Positions 1 to 8,406 of a stretch of DNA of 64,000 bases are shown in pieces. The notes beneath the pieces are model-generated. The model saw only the letters and a list, made by a program, of their open reading frames with translations, had not been told where the DNA came from and did not search any database. The translations under genes were made by a program, and so were the position numbers. Numbering within the stretch: position 1 is the first letter of the stretch; each line of letters begins with the position of its first letter. This stretch comes from a virus (taxonomy: Duplodnaviria > Caudoviricetes). The stretch covers positions 32,001-96,000 of the IMG/VR virus record IMGVR_UViG_3300030330_006525; one strand, written 5' to 3'.

Positions 1-183
1 TGTAGTAAACAATTTAACTTCACAATTATCGCACAAAACTTCTACAACATGATAGACATCACCATCCATCACACCAATTTGGTGTGCATCACAATCGTCA
101 GAAAGTCTTGGCTCAGTTAAAACCAGGCCGATATTAAAATAAAAACCATCAGCCTCATCTTTTACCAAGTCACCGACTCTCAC
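1..183 (-). CDS. Small KOW/SH3-like protein, 3' end beyond the window edge (MRVGDLVKDEADGFYFNIGLVL...)
   Basis: Not in the ORF track; translated by hand from the GTG at 183 in the conserved junction; frame open to position 1. Confidence 0.8.
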   Translation of the reverse strand, partial: MRVGDLVKDEADGFYFNIGLVLTEPRLSDDCDAHQIGVMDGDVYHVVEVLCDNCEVKLFTT

Positions 184-370
184 TGATTACCTCCAACTCT
201 TCTTTTCTGGCGTGAATAATTTCATCTTTAAAATATACGCGATGACCCTCAAGTCTGCCCGTGTAATTCAGAGAATTGGGCCTTTCGGGCACGTATTCTA
301 CCACTATACCAACACCATAAGACTCTTGGAATTTAGGATGCGTAAACCTCACTAAATCACCGACTTTCAC
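170..370 (-). CDS. Small KOW/SH3-like protein (MKVGDLV...EVISESR family)
   Basis: KVGDLV start, central GxGIVV strand, EVISESR end. Confidence 0.85.
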   Translation of the reverse strand: MKVGDLVRFTHPKFQESYGVGIVVEYVPERPNSLNYTGRLEGHRVYFKDEIIHARKEELEVISESR

Positions 371-569
371 TTAACACCTTCTCTACTGAGAATATTGATA
401 TCTTTCTTCCTTCAGCACTCAACCAAGAATAATGTGGTTTGGCACCATTCATGAATTGGACCACCAAACTACGCACGGTTGACTGAGGGTGCCCAGGGTG
501 GCGCATCTCCCTCTGGAGAATGATAGCTGTATTCCCATCGTGACACTCTATTAGACTACCGACTTTCAC
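357..569 (-). CDS. Small KOW/SH3-like protein
   Basis: MKVGSLI...KVLSESR. Confidence 0.8.
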   Translation of the reverse strand: MKVGSLIECHDGNTAIILQREMRHPGHPQSTVRSLVVQFMNGAKPHYSWLSAEGRKISIFSVEKVLSESR

Positions 570-732
570 TGATAACCTCCATTTGATTTTTGGGGTTTGA
601 GTTTATCATTTCCTTTGGTCTGAACCATTTTATCACTCTTACCTCTTGAGTGCCTGGTATTTCTCTGATAACGATGCCGGCCCAATGTTGCCACTTTTCA
701 TTTTTATACCTTACTAGGTCTCCGACTTTCAC
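556..732 (-). CDS. Small KOW/SH3-like protein, 58 aa (MKVGDLVRYKNEKWQHWAGIVIREIPG...MEVISESR)
   Basis: Below the ORF-track cutoff; hand translation GTG(732) to TAG(556); fills the array exactly. Confidence 0.85.
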   Translation of the reverse strand: MKVGDLVRYKNEKWQHWAGIVIREIPGTQEVRVIKWFRPKEMINSNPKNQMEVISESR

Positions 733-889
733 TTATCACCTCACAACCACTAGTTACAAACCATCTACGCTTGCCATTACAGAGAACTTGAATTGTACCA
801 CCTCTCTTGTTTAAGTGCAAGACAATTCCTATCGCTTCTCTCTCTCTGGATGGCATTGTCGAATAGCTAACGATATCACCGACTTTCAC
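704..889 (-). CDS. Small KOW/SH3-like protein
   Basis: Start reassigned to GTG at 889 (MKVGDIV) behind the GAGG SD; ends EVISESRRPSKV because the junction stop is mutated TGA to AGA. Confidence 0.8.
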   Translation of the reverse strand: MKVGDIVSYSTMPSREREAIGIVLHLNKRGGTIQVLCNGKRRWFVTSGCEVISESRRPSKV

Positions 890-1061
890 TGATAACCTCC
901 AGGTCATAATTCCAAACGTTATGTCCTATTGTACCATCTTGCCACAAAATGTCAAACACTTTATTACTAGATGTAACACCGCAAAGTGGATCAAAAACTT
1001 CCTTGATTGTCACACCTATCTTTTCTGAAAAGCAATGCTGAACAATGTCACCGACTTTCAT
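876..1061 (-). CDS. Small KOW/SH3-like protein, first of the array
   Basis: ATG at 1061 (MKVGDIVQH...LEVISESR), promoter just upstream. Confidence 0.85.
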   Translation of the reverse strand: MKVGDIVQHCFSEKIGVTIKEVFDPLCGVTSSNKVFDILWQDGTIGHNVWNYDLEVISESR

Positions 1062-1093
1062 TGTTTTCTCTCTTGTAATCTTTATATATTTAT

Positions 1094-1122
1094 ATAATAC
1101 CAAAACAAAAAACAAAATGCAA
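1094..1122 (-). promoter_or_regulatory. Sigma70-like promoter TTGCAT-N17-TATTAT heading the KOW array
   Basis: Consensus-like hexamers with 17-bp spacer in an intergenic gap. Confidence 0.7.
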
Positions 1123-1129
1123 GAAAAAT

Positions 1130-2023
1130 CTATTTTGCAAAATTTATGTTTCTTGCTATTAATTCAGACTTAACATGCTCTTTCATCGTCTTTGGGGAAT
1201 TATGATTGTACACTCTGCCATCAACTTCTATTAAAGTTATGCCATGCTGTTTACATATAGATCTCTTATAATCATCTCTCTCCTTTTGTTTAAGAAACCT
1301 ATCTTCTCCGCCAAAAAATTCTATTGGCTTATAATGTTGTGCTCCCTGATATTCAAAAGCTAAAGACAAGTCTTCGCAATAACAGTCTAGTTCTAGTCTA
1401 GCTCCAGTATCAGGGCTCACCAACCATGAAGGGCGAACGTTAGGGAAGTCTCTCTTAAATAAACTTTTTAATATTTTTCTTAACTCTCCCTCACTCTTAA
1501 ACCATTCTTCTACCCGTTGAGCTTCTAGTTCTTCATCTGTGAGAAACCTAGGGTCAGAACATATAGGACAATAAGTTACATGCGATTCAGGATCTAGTAA
1601 ACGATCTCTCTGTTCTTTAGCGTGCTTCCACCTTGTCTCATCTGATAAGTCTTCTTCAGTATATAACCGACCCTGAAAGGCAAAACGAACGCCCAGTTCC
1701 TGCTCAAGAGTGCTTCTCCGCTTGTAACAAGTGCCTTCTACTTGAATTAGTAAGCCATCACATCCATGGTGAGGGTCAGTGCCATCGGGACCGCCATACC
1801 ATATAGAAAACCCTGTTAATATATGTTTATGACGTAAGCTATCAACATGATTTTCTTTTCTTTTAGTTTCCCAGGTCTCCTTACAATAGAATAGTGGGTG
1901 ATCCGCGTCACAATCTCTCTTAAGACTTCCTATATGACGCACAGAAAAATGCTCATAAAATAACCAAGGATTATCTATTTTATATTGAACATGGTCAGGC
2001 TCAAAGGCTTTTGCGGCGGTCAT
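1130..2023 (-). CDS. Protein with C-terminal PD-(D/E)xK (Vsr/DUF559-like) nuclease domain; possible free-standing homing endonuclease
   Basis: SEGELRKIL...RPSWL...LELDCYCEDLSLAFEYQGAQHY...KRSIC...ITLIEV; CPIC motif; start MTAAK coupled by ATGA to the upstream peptide. Confidence 0.7.
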   Translation of the reverse strand: MTAAKAFEPDHVQYKIDNPWLFYEHFSVRHIGSLKRDCDADHPLFYCKETWETKRKENHVDSLRHKHILTGFSIWYGGPDGTDPHHGCDGLLIQVEGTCYKRRSTLEQELGVRFAFQGRLYTEEDLSDETRWKHAKEQRDRLLDPESHVTYCPICSDPRFLTDEELEAQRVEEWFKSEGELRKILKSLFKRDFPNVRPSWLVSPDTGARLELDCYCEDLSLAFEYQGAQHYKPIEFFGGEDRFLKQKERDDYKRSICKQHGITLIEVDGRVYNHNSPKTMKEHVKSELIARNINFAK

Positions 2024-2097
2024 TGCTTTCTCCACCATTCAATAACAAGGTGACCGACAAACATACCGGCTGCGATAATGAAAATACTCTCTAACAT
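2020..2097 (-). CDS. 25-aa single-TM peptide (MLESIFIIAAGMFVGHLVIEWWRKQ)
   Basis: AGGAG SD 5 nt before ATG; ATGA overlap with next gene; hydrophobic. Confidence 0.6.
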   Translation of the reverse strand: MLESIFIIAAGMFVGHLVIEWWRKQ

Positions 2098-2112
2098 ATC
2101 TACTCCTAAAGA

Positions 2113-2189
<77 letters not shown>

Positions 2190-2212
2190 ATTTGTTTCTC
2201 GATTATGTTTTT

Positions 2213-2241
2213 ATAATATCAGAGGTTTTTTGAAATGTCAA
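2213..2241 (-). promoter_or_regulatory. Sigma70-like promoter TTGACA-N17-TATTAT upstream of tRNA-Arg
   Basis: Near-consensus; -35 contains the TGA stop of the upstream gene. Confidence 0.8.
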
Positions 2242-2447
2242 GAACTTTTTTTGCCTTTTTTTAATATTTGCCATCGCTGGAATGGCCACCAGCGAGCGCC
2301 AGATCTAGGACTGTGAACCAACACGTCTTCCAAATGCGGATTAACATCCAACACAATCCCATAATCTAGCAGCGTCTCATCATTAAGAAGACTAGAATCT
2401 AATAGATAGCATGCAACTAAATCACCTTTCTCTGGTGGTTTGCTCAT
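2238..2447 (-). CDS. Small KOW/SH3-like protein
   Basis: EKGDLV...YGIVLDV...W pattern. Confidence 0.7.
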   Translation of the reverse strand: MSKPPEKGDLVACYLLDSSLLNDETLLDYGIVLDVNPHLEDVLVHSPRSGARWWPFQRWQILKKGKKSS

Positions 2448-2454
2448 ACATTAA

Positions 2455-3765
2455 TTAGTCAATAGCAACAATCCTTTCCTTTGTGGTAAAGTATGGACGC
2501 TTGGCATACTCTGGTGTAGTCATCCACATACGCTGACATTTACTGGCCTTTGGCTTTGGCGCATACATATCAGTTAAGATAATGTGGCCGTCAAAGTCGC
2601 GCTCATTAACATAGTCAGTCGGCGGATTGAAGTCAGTACCGCCGCACATAACACGCTCCCACTTGCGGCGCTCTCCCTTCTTCCAAGTATAAACAAGTTT
2701 CTCATCCACTGTAGTATCGAAAGGAATAACTGTGAACTCTGCAATACTAGCCAAAGAGTTTAGCTCTGCAAAGAACTTAGTCAGCATCTCATTGTCTACA
2801 GAGCCAGACTGATCGATAGAGATAGCAACCTTGGCAACACGATTAGTCTTACGGCCAGCATGAACATAAGGGTATCGTCGATTGATACGCTTCATCGAAG
2901 ATGACTTGTTGGCTTTCTGGCTAGTCTTGATAAAGTATCTAAGAACTTTCTTCCAGTCAATCTTAGACTCCAAGACTTTCATAATCTCAGTCTTACAGCT
3001 TGTAGGAACAGAACCCCAGTTATTATTCCTAGAACATTCTTGTGCTGCGTTCTTAACAATCTCCTTCAATCGCTCTTTGGCGATGTTCTGAACTTCCTCA
3101 TTCAGCTTCTGATTTTCTTCACTGCCATCGTTAGACCAACCACTATGGTCATCCATTGAATCAGGAATACCGTTAGAAGCTCCAGAATCGCTGTCTCCGC
3201 CCTGTTCTCCACTAGACCCTTGACCAGACCCTTCTCCATTATCATCGCCGCTCTCGTCGCCATTCTCGCCCTCTCCTGATGGTCCAGACTGATTCTGAAA
3301 GTCAGGCATATTTGCGAGATACCATTCAGCTGATTCACCACGAGGAAGGTCCTCGAAGGGTGTGCCTTCTTTGCCTGGTATCAAACCACCCTCTGGTAGG
3401 TTGTACAAGTGACTATTGATTGCAAGGTCAGTAGCAACATTCCACAACTTAACGTCAACACCTTCAGGCATACGAGAGGTAACGTGAAGGAACAAGATAT
3501 GGTAGAACTCATGCTTTAGGACATCAGTTCTCTCTTCATCAGTCAGGCCAGCAAAGAACTCTGGATTGTACAACATCTCGAACTGTGCTGAATCGCGATT
3601 GATAAGAACACCAGCTGTAGGCAAAGCTGTACTTGCTCGCTTGTCTACACGGCGACTGATAGCTGCAAAGAATGGCTCATCCATAAGAAGACGGGCCGTG
3701 TGCATATTAAGATCGAAAGACATTTTAGGTGCCTCGTTTTTGTTATCGTTCTTAGAATCTACCAT
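2455..3765 (-). CDS. DUF2201-type protein: N-terminal zincin-like metallopeptidase, acidic G/S linker, C-terminal vWA domain
   Basis: HEFYH (HExxH), WNVATDLAIN, IDQSGSV (MIDAS DxSxS), GGTDF, ILTDMY; adjacent to MoxR AAA. Confidence 0.88.
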   Translation of the reverse strand: MVDSKNDNKNEAPKMSFDLNMHTARLLMDEPFFAAISRRVDKRASTALPTAGVLINRDSAQFEMLYNPEFFAGLTDEERTDVLKHEFYHILFLHVTSRMPEGVDVKLWNVATDLAINSHLYNLPEGGLIPGKEGTPFEDLPRGESAEWYLANMPDFQNQSGPSGEGENGDESGDDNGEGSGQGSSGEQGGDSDSGASNGIPDSMDDHSGWSNDGSEENQKLNEEVQNIAKERLKEIVKNAAQECSRNNNWGSVPTSCKTEIMKVLESKIDWKKVLRYFIKTSQKANKSSSMKRINRRYPYVHAGRKTNRVAKVAISIDQSGSVDNEMLTKFFAELNSLASIAEFTVIPFDTTVDEKLVYTWKKGERRKWERVMCGGTDFNPPTDYVNERDFDGHIILTDMYAPKPKASKCQRMWMTTPEYAKRPYFTTKERIVAID

Positions 3766-3793
3766 TGTTTTCTCCTGATGTCAAGAACTTTTT

Positions 3794-4858
3794 TTAGGAT
3801 TCGTCGCCACCAAGAATCTTGACAAGATAATCGGAAACAGAAGAACCATCGACATCAGACTGATGCAAGCGGATAGTGTTGTTCAATTGAGTACCATCAG
3901 CACCCATCACACTCCACAACTTCATTGCAACCTCTGAAGGAAGAGAGATAAAGTAACGTGCCAAGTTATCAATCTTGTCTTGTACAAGTTCCTCCTTGAA
4001 GACACCAGAAGCATCGAACTTCTCAATCATAGCAGTATGGTCATTGATAGTGAATGACTCTACCTTTGAGAAATCGCCCTTGTCCAGAATGTCTTCAACG
4101 GTAACCTGCCGGTCATAGTTTGCAATAAAGTCATTGAATGCAACCGCAGCCTCGAAACCAACAAAGGCAGCTGTCAGATTGAACAGAGCACCAGAAGATT
4201 CTTGCAGCAAGTCTGCATTGCTCAAACAACCGTTCAACCGTTCCCAAGAACGACGACTAGGGTAAACCTTGTTAGGCTCGAAGTCGCCAGTGTGCTCAAT
4301 GTGCTGACGGTTAGTGTTGATAAAATCCCAAACTTCCTTTGAGATATTAGAATCCTTGGCCCATGTAAGCCAGTCCTCGACACTTGGCTCAAGGTCAAAG
4401 ACAGTCCATCGGTCAAGCTCTGCCGGATCCATCTCTCCAACCTGATACTGTTCGCCATGCTCGCCACCATTGACAGCGGCAAAGACAAGTGTCTCAGGAT
4501 GTAGAGTGTGACCATTCAACTTGCGGCTGTCAGTCAACTCAAAGATACCTTGACGAACCTCAAGAGTAGCACGGTCAACCTCATCGAGGAACAAGATAAC
4601 AGGCTCATCACAAGCAGTCTTGAACCAGTCTGGAGGATTGAATCGAGTGCTGTTGCCCTCGACAATTGGAAGACCAACCAAGTCGCCCTCTGTCATTTGG
4701 GAAGCACGGCGCTCTACTACTTGACGCCCAATCTTGTCAGCGAACTGATAGACAACGGTAGACTTACCAATGCCGTGACGCCCACGTAGCAGGACAGGCT
4801 TGCGAACGTTGGTCACATGGTGAACAATAGAATTGAATGCTGCAAAGTCGATAGCCAT
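3794..4858 (-). CDS. MoxR-family AAA+ ATPase
   Basis: Walker A GRHGIGKS, Walker B ILFLDEVDRA, AAVN, MDPAELDRW, PSRRSWE. Confidence 0.9.
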   Translation of the reverse strand: MAIDFAAFNSIVHHVTNVRKPVLLRGRHGIGKSTVVYQFADKIGRQVVERRASQMTEGDLVGLPIVEGNSTRFNPPDWFKTACDEPVILFLDEVDRATLEVRQGIFELTDSRKLNGHTLHPETLVFAAVNGGEHGEQYQVGEMDPAELDRWTVFDLEPSVEDWLTWAKDSNISKEVWDFINTNRQHIEHTGDFEPNKVYPSRRSWERLNGCLSNADLLQESSGALFNLTAAFVGFEAAVAFNDFIANYDRQVTVEDILDKGDFSKVESFTINDHTAMIEKFDASGVFKEELVQDKIDNLARYFISLPSEVAMKLWSVMGADGTQLNNTIRLHQSDVDGSSVSDYLVKILGGDES

Positions 4859-4974
4859 AATGATACTCCTTAATGATGTATGGCGTTAAAGTTTCTTGCT
4901 TCATCTATAAATAGTATCTCAAAATTCTTTCGAGATGTCAATAAAAAAATGTAAAAAATAATTGTATAATAATT

Positions 4975-5526
4975 TCAGGACTTTAGCTCAACTAGCTTTT
5001 GGAAGCCTATCTTTTTAATATCTTCACATTCAGATTGTGACATCTTTATTGCCAAAGTGTAATCAAATGCACTACAGTTCCTCATTGCCAAGGCATAATG
5101 TCTATAACTGTAGTGTCTATGGTTCTTAGACTTAAAGCCTGCAAGCAACCAATCATAGATATGATTTAGTATTTTTGAAGTTGTTTTTACGTGCTGGCAT
5201 TTCCAATTGCTGACAAAGGCCGCGTACCTAAAGTAAGGTTGGCTCAAACATCTATGGTTTAAGTTATCAAAATAAAACTGCTCTACTGTTTCTAACTCAT
5301 CCTTGTAGTGATTAGAGCCAATACTTGCCAGTTTAATCTTAAATGATCTACCTTCCCACAAGATGTCTCGCGCTGTCTTTGATATGTTTTGATTCTCTGC
5401 TAGATACATTCTGGCTGAGTAATTGCCATGGTTAGCAATCCATATTTGTGTAGCTTCTGGCAAAAACCTATTCTTTGCTAGGTTATTTAGCTCGACATTA
5501 TTCATCTTGTGGAGATGTTCTAACAA
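4975..5526 (-). CDS. Hypothetical alpha-helical repeat protein (LRV/HEAT-like)
   Basis: LAKNRFLP / LAENQNIS repeats. Confidence 0.5.
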   Translation of the reverse strand: MLEHLHKMNNVELNNLAKNRFLPEATQIWIANHGNYSARMYLAENQNISKTARDILWEGRSFKIKLASIGSNHYKDELETVEQFYFDNLNHRCLSQPYFRYAAFVSNWKCQHVKTTSKILNHIYDWLLAGFKSKNHRHYSYRHYALAMRNCSAFDYTLAIKMSQSECEDIKKIGFQKLVELKS

Positions 5527-5720
5527 TTTAACTTCCTTATTCTTTCAAGAATATTTTTTAGGTGATTTTTCAATGCTTCAGAATGTTCTGATGCGCTCGC
5601 TTCCTCCATCTCTTCAATAATAATATCAAAGATTTTATTGCGCGTCAAGCGTTTTTTTTGATTATTTTCTCGAATTAATTTTGTGTCTTCGTCATATAAA
5701 CTGTATGGGTCTGTTTTCAT
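5520..5720 (-). CDS. Hypothetical protein
   Basis: Coupled ORF; likely start MKTDPY. Confidence 0.6.
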   Translation of the reverse strand: MKTDPYSLYDEDTKLIRENNQKKRLTRNKIFDIIIEEMEEASASEHSEALKNHLKNILERIRKLNC

Positions 5721-5968
5721 TATTTCCTCGCTGATATTACTTTTAACCATTTAGCTCTACAAGTTGTAGGTGCGCCGTCAATTATTACGACACAACTATA
5801 TTCATCCTTGTGTAAAGGGACACTATAATCGATAGATAAAGCATCATCTTCTTGTTGATATTGATTACTAGGTAAAGCATAAGGTATAATCTGTGAGACT
5901 AGACCAACTCTGTCACAAGTCTTATCACCTAGCATCATATTTTGAACAAGGTCACCCACCTTTATCAT
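5720..5968 (-). CDS. Small KOW/SH3-like protein
   Basis: MIKVGDLV...VGLVSQI...WLKVISARK. Confidence 0.8.
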   Translation of the reverse strand: MIKVGDLVQNMMLGDKTCDRVGLVSQIIPYALPSNQYQQEDDALSIDYSVPLHKDEYSCVVIIDGAPTTCRAKWLKVISARK

Positions 5969-6113
5969 TGTCTCTACCCTCGATAACTTGAATATCACTT
6001 TGCTTGTGATAGACCATTCCGTTAGGATACTTAACTAGTACAGTGAAATGCTTATCTTGCACCGAGACTAGATACCCTTCTCTTAAGGATTTTTTATGTA
6101 TTACTTTTTTCAT
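5952..6113 (-). CDS. 53-aa SH3-like protein (MKKVIHKKSLREGYLVSVQDKHFTVLVKYPNG...DIQVIEG)
   Basis: Hand translated; fills the gap, overlaps both neighbours. Confidence 0.65.
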   Translation of the reverse strand: MKKVIHKKSLREGYLVSVQDKHFTVLVKYPNGMVYHKQSDIQVIEGRDNDKGG

Positions 6114-6306
6114 CTCTTACCTTTGCTCTTCTTAAGTCTTTGCGAGGATGGCTGTATGCTAGATTCATTCTTATCCATTTTACCTTTACCCACTGAAGGT
6201 TACCATCGTTACCGGACAATACAATACCCAAGTCATCTTTAAAAGACGTTACTGTTTTTATTGAACGACCATACGCTGACAATTCAACTAAATCACCTGC
6301 TTTCAC
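6094..6306 (-). CDS. Small KOW/SH3-like protein
   Basis: MKAGDLV...LGIVL...VKVKW. Confidence 0.8.
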   Translation of the reverse strand: MKAGDLVELSAYGRSIKTVTSFKDDLGIVLSGNDGNLQWVKVKWIRMNLAYSHPRKDLRRAKVRDEKSNT

Positions 6307-6496
6307 TGATAACCTCCAGTGTTCTCTGTTCGTGCCATAGAATACTAGAGTGAGTAGTGTTCCATTTCACGCGAACATTTCTGTCATCTTTGTATCTCAG
6401 AGAACTAACCTCTATAATTACACCAAAGAATTTTTTGTGAACACGGTCAGATATAAATTGATTTTCTTTGTATCTGACAATATCACCAACTTTCAT
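6293..6496 (-). CDS. Small KOW/SH3-like protein
   Basis: MKVGDIV...FGVIIEV...VRVKW...LEVISESR. Confidence 0.85.
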   Translation of the reverse strand: MKVGDIVRYKENQFISDRVHKKFFGVIIEVSSLRYKDDRNVRVKWNTTHSSILWHEQRTLEVISESR

Positions 6497-6594
6497 TTCT
6501 TTCTCCCATAATATAAACTACCAAAGAACAAGATATCAGCTACAACACCATAGATAAGTGGTGCATCCAACATATGCTGAGTTATAGTGAACAT
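6493..6594 (-). CDS. 33-aa hydrophobic peptide (MFTITQHMLDAPLIYGVVADILFFGSLYYGRKK)
   Basis: Hand translated; ATGA overlap with downstream KOW gene. Confidence 0.5.
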   Translation of the reverse strand: MFTITQHMLDAPLIYGVVADILFFGSLYYGRKK

Positions 6595-6698
6595 GCGTAT
6601 GCCAATAATCCAATAGCTGTCAATATCGCTGGTGTTGTGAAGAAAAGCACCACTTTCTCTACTCTTTTTAAATCTTCTGCGAACTCTTTATTTTTCAC
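6582..6698 (-). CDS. 38-aa single-TM peptide (MKNKEFAEDLKRVEKVVLFFTTPAILTAIGLLAYACSL)
   Basis: GTG start inside a junction variant GGAGGTTGTTAGTGAAAAATAA. Confidence 0.6.
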   Translation of the reverse strand: MKNKEFAEDLKRVEKVVLFFTTPAILTAIGLLAYACSL

Positions 6699-6885
6699 TA
6701 ACAACCTCCAATCTATCTCTAAGTGACCAGAACGTTCCATACTCACCCCAGTTTACCTTATACGAATCTAAGGTCGAATCACTTACAGGATGGTACGCTA
6801 TGATAATACCAATGATATCATTAAGATATGGAACTTTGTAAGGATTGGTTTTCTTGACTATGCTTCCTAATTTTATTCTCTTCAT
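6688..6885 (-). CDS. Small KOW/SH3-like protein
   Basis: IKLGSIV...IGIIIAY...YKVNW...LEVVSEK. Confidence 0.8.
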   Translation of the reverse strand: MKRIKLGSIVKKTNPYKVPYLNDIIGIIIAYHPVSDSTLDSYKVNWGEYGTFWSLRDRLEVVSEK

Positions 6886-7801
6886 TGATAATCTTTCTGT
6901 ATTTTAATAGGGCCAGTTCTTTTTTCTTACATTCTAGCATCATATCGTAACGATGTCCATAGTTTTTTACAGGATTTTGCAAAAAATCTGAATGTGCTTG
7001 TGGTCTGATTTTCTCATCGTCTTGTTCCTTGGCTCTCGATTCTGACAAGTGTACCACCGGAGTGATACCATCGGGCCACGTAGAAACAGCTAGAGTTAGC
7101 GCTTCCTCTTCGCTTTGGTCACCAGTGCAAAAACGGTGGTGATGATAATCAAATACAATTGGCACACCAACCTCTTTGTAAATATAGTTGTAAAGATGCT
7201 TTGTAGACCACATGCTGGGTTTGTCGTCATTCTCAAGTGTAATTCTTTTCTGACAACCTATGCTTAGTCTCTTAAACGCTTCGCACCATCTCTTGGCTGT
7301 TCCTTCAAAGTCTCCACCATATGTACCGCCAACGTGAATGTTGATTTTGTTGTAGTGACTTGGAACAAAACCCATCATATCAAATATCTGAGAGTGTGAG
7401 TTAAGCTCTTTGATAGCTTTGTCTACTACGCTTTCTTTTGGAGAACCAAGCACATTGAAAGGCCCAGGGTGAAATGTCACCCTGTGACCATTCTTTGTTG
7501 CATAATCACCAGCACGCTTCAGAGCCCTGACTATCTCTTGATAGTCTGGCAAGTCTTCAATATTGTATTCAGACATCCATGGAAAGATATCAGAAGACAT
7601 ACGATAGAACTTAATACCATTCTTTTCATTCCAGACTAGAATCTTGAATAAGTCTCTAGCATTCTGTAATGAAAGCTCTGAAGCATACTTCAAGCCTTTG
7701 GCTTGAAAAGTCTTCTTAATCATAGAGCGATTAGTTGTGACACGCTTTGACTTTGGAACATCAGATAGTGTCATGTTAATACAAGCATAGCCAAGTTTCA
7801 T
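6821..7801 (-). CDS. uvsE: UV damage endonuclease UvsE/UVDE
   Basis: LGYACIN, FYRMSS, TFHPGPF, IHVGG, LENDD, VFDYHHH, HSD, MLECKKKELAL. Confidence 0.95.
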   Translation of the reverse strand: MKLGYACINMTLSDVPKSKRVTTNRSMIKKTFQAKGLKYASELSLQNARDLFKILVWNEKNGIKFYRMSSDIFPWMSEYNIEDLPDYQEIVRALKRAGDYATKNGHRVTFHPGPFNVLGSPKESVVDKAIKELNSHSQIFDMMGFVPSHYNKINIHVGGTYGGDFEGTAKRWCEAFKRLSIGCQKRITLENDDKPSMWSTKHLYNYIYKEVGVPIVFDYHHHRFCTGDQSEEEALTLAVSTWPDGITPVVHLSESRAKEQDDEKIRPQAHSDFLQNPVKNYGHRYDMMLECKKKELALLKYRKIINEENKIRKHSQENQSLQSSIS

Positions 7802-8007
7802 TATTCAGTCTTACCTTCACTAACTACTTCAAATTCTTTAGGTGAATACATCTGAGGACTACGATTAGGATACATAACCTCAATCAGCGGGCCGGCCAGA
7901 AAAAGGCCAGGCGCAATAGCTCTAGGGTTTGTTACAATTGCGATAGTATTCTGTTGGTATGGGTCTATCCTACCCCAGCGCTTTACTACTAAATCTCCAG
8001 CTTTCAT
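7801..8007 (-). CDS. Small KOW/SH3-like protein
   Basis: MKAGDLV...AIV...FEVVSEG. Confidence 0.8.
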   Translation of the reverse strand: MKAGDLVVKRWGRIDPYQQNTIAIVTNPRAIAPGLFLAGPLIEVMYPNRSPQMYSPKEFEVVSEGKTE

Positions 8008-8008
8008 C

Positions 8009-8338
8009 TCAATCCTTATTTGTGTGTGGTTTTAATTTCTTGACGAATTTAAGATCTTCTCTGATAAAGTATCGGTCCCAATACTTTCTACCTGCAGGAC
8101 CTTTACCGCCAAGCCAGCTGACAGTGTATTGGTTGTAATATACTTGCTCTTCTGTTCCGCCGTTTGGTCCAGTCCAAGTATATTTCCACTTGTAGTCTTT
8201 TTTAATCTTAACAATCATTCCTACCAACGGTGGTCTGCCTTTCATAGGACCCCATCGATATAGGTTAGTCATTTTTGTTGCCCTGGATGAAAATGTAACC
8301 AAGTCGCCCTTCTTTAGTTCTCGTTTCTTTCTAGCCAT
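8009..8338 (-). CDS. KOW/SH3-like basic protein
   Basis: LKKGDLV...VGMIVKI...YTVSW...REDLKFV. Confidence 0.75.
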   Translation of the reverse strand: MARKKRELKKGDLVTFSSRATKMTNLYRWGPMKGRPPLVGMIVKIKKDYKWKYTWTGPNGGTEEQVYYNQYTVSWLGGKGPAGRKYWDRYFIREDLKFVKKLKPHTNKD

Positions 8339-8377
8339 TTTGAATGCTCCCTAAGCATCATTAATTATTGTATAGAA

Positions 8378-8406
8378 ATAATAGCACTACTTTTTTTTGA
8401 TGTCAA
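8378..8406 (-). promoter_or_regulatory. Sigma70-like promoter TTGACA-N17-TATTAT
   Basis: Consensus-like; upstream of the UvsE/KOW operon. Confidence 0.8.

Larger units (their letters stand above)
170..1061 (-). repeat. Array of ~24-bp direct repeats (consensus GAGGTTATCAGTGAAAGTCGGTGA) at 170-193, 357-380, 556-579, 719-742, 876-899, half copy at 1048-1061; further copy at 6293-6316
   Basis: Read directly; periods 187, 199, 163, 157, 172 bp. Confidence 0.9.

Noticed and set aside
170-1061. CRISPR array
   Set aside because: Spacers are 135-175 bp and protein-coding, repeats are degenerate and non-palindromic, and no cas genes are in the window.
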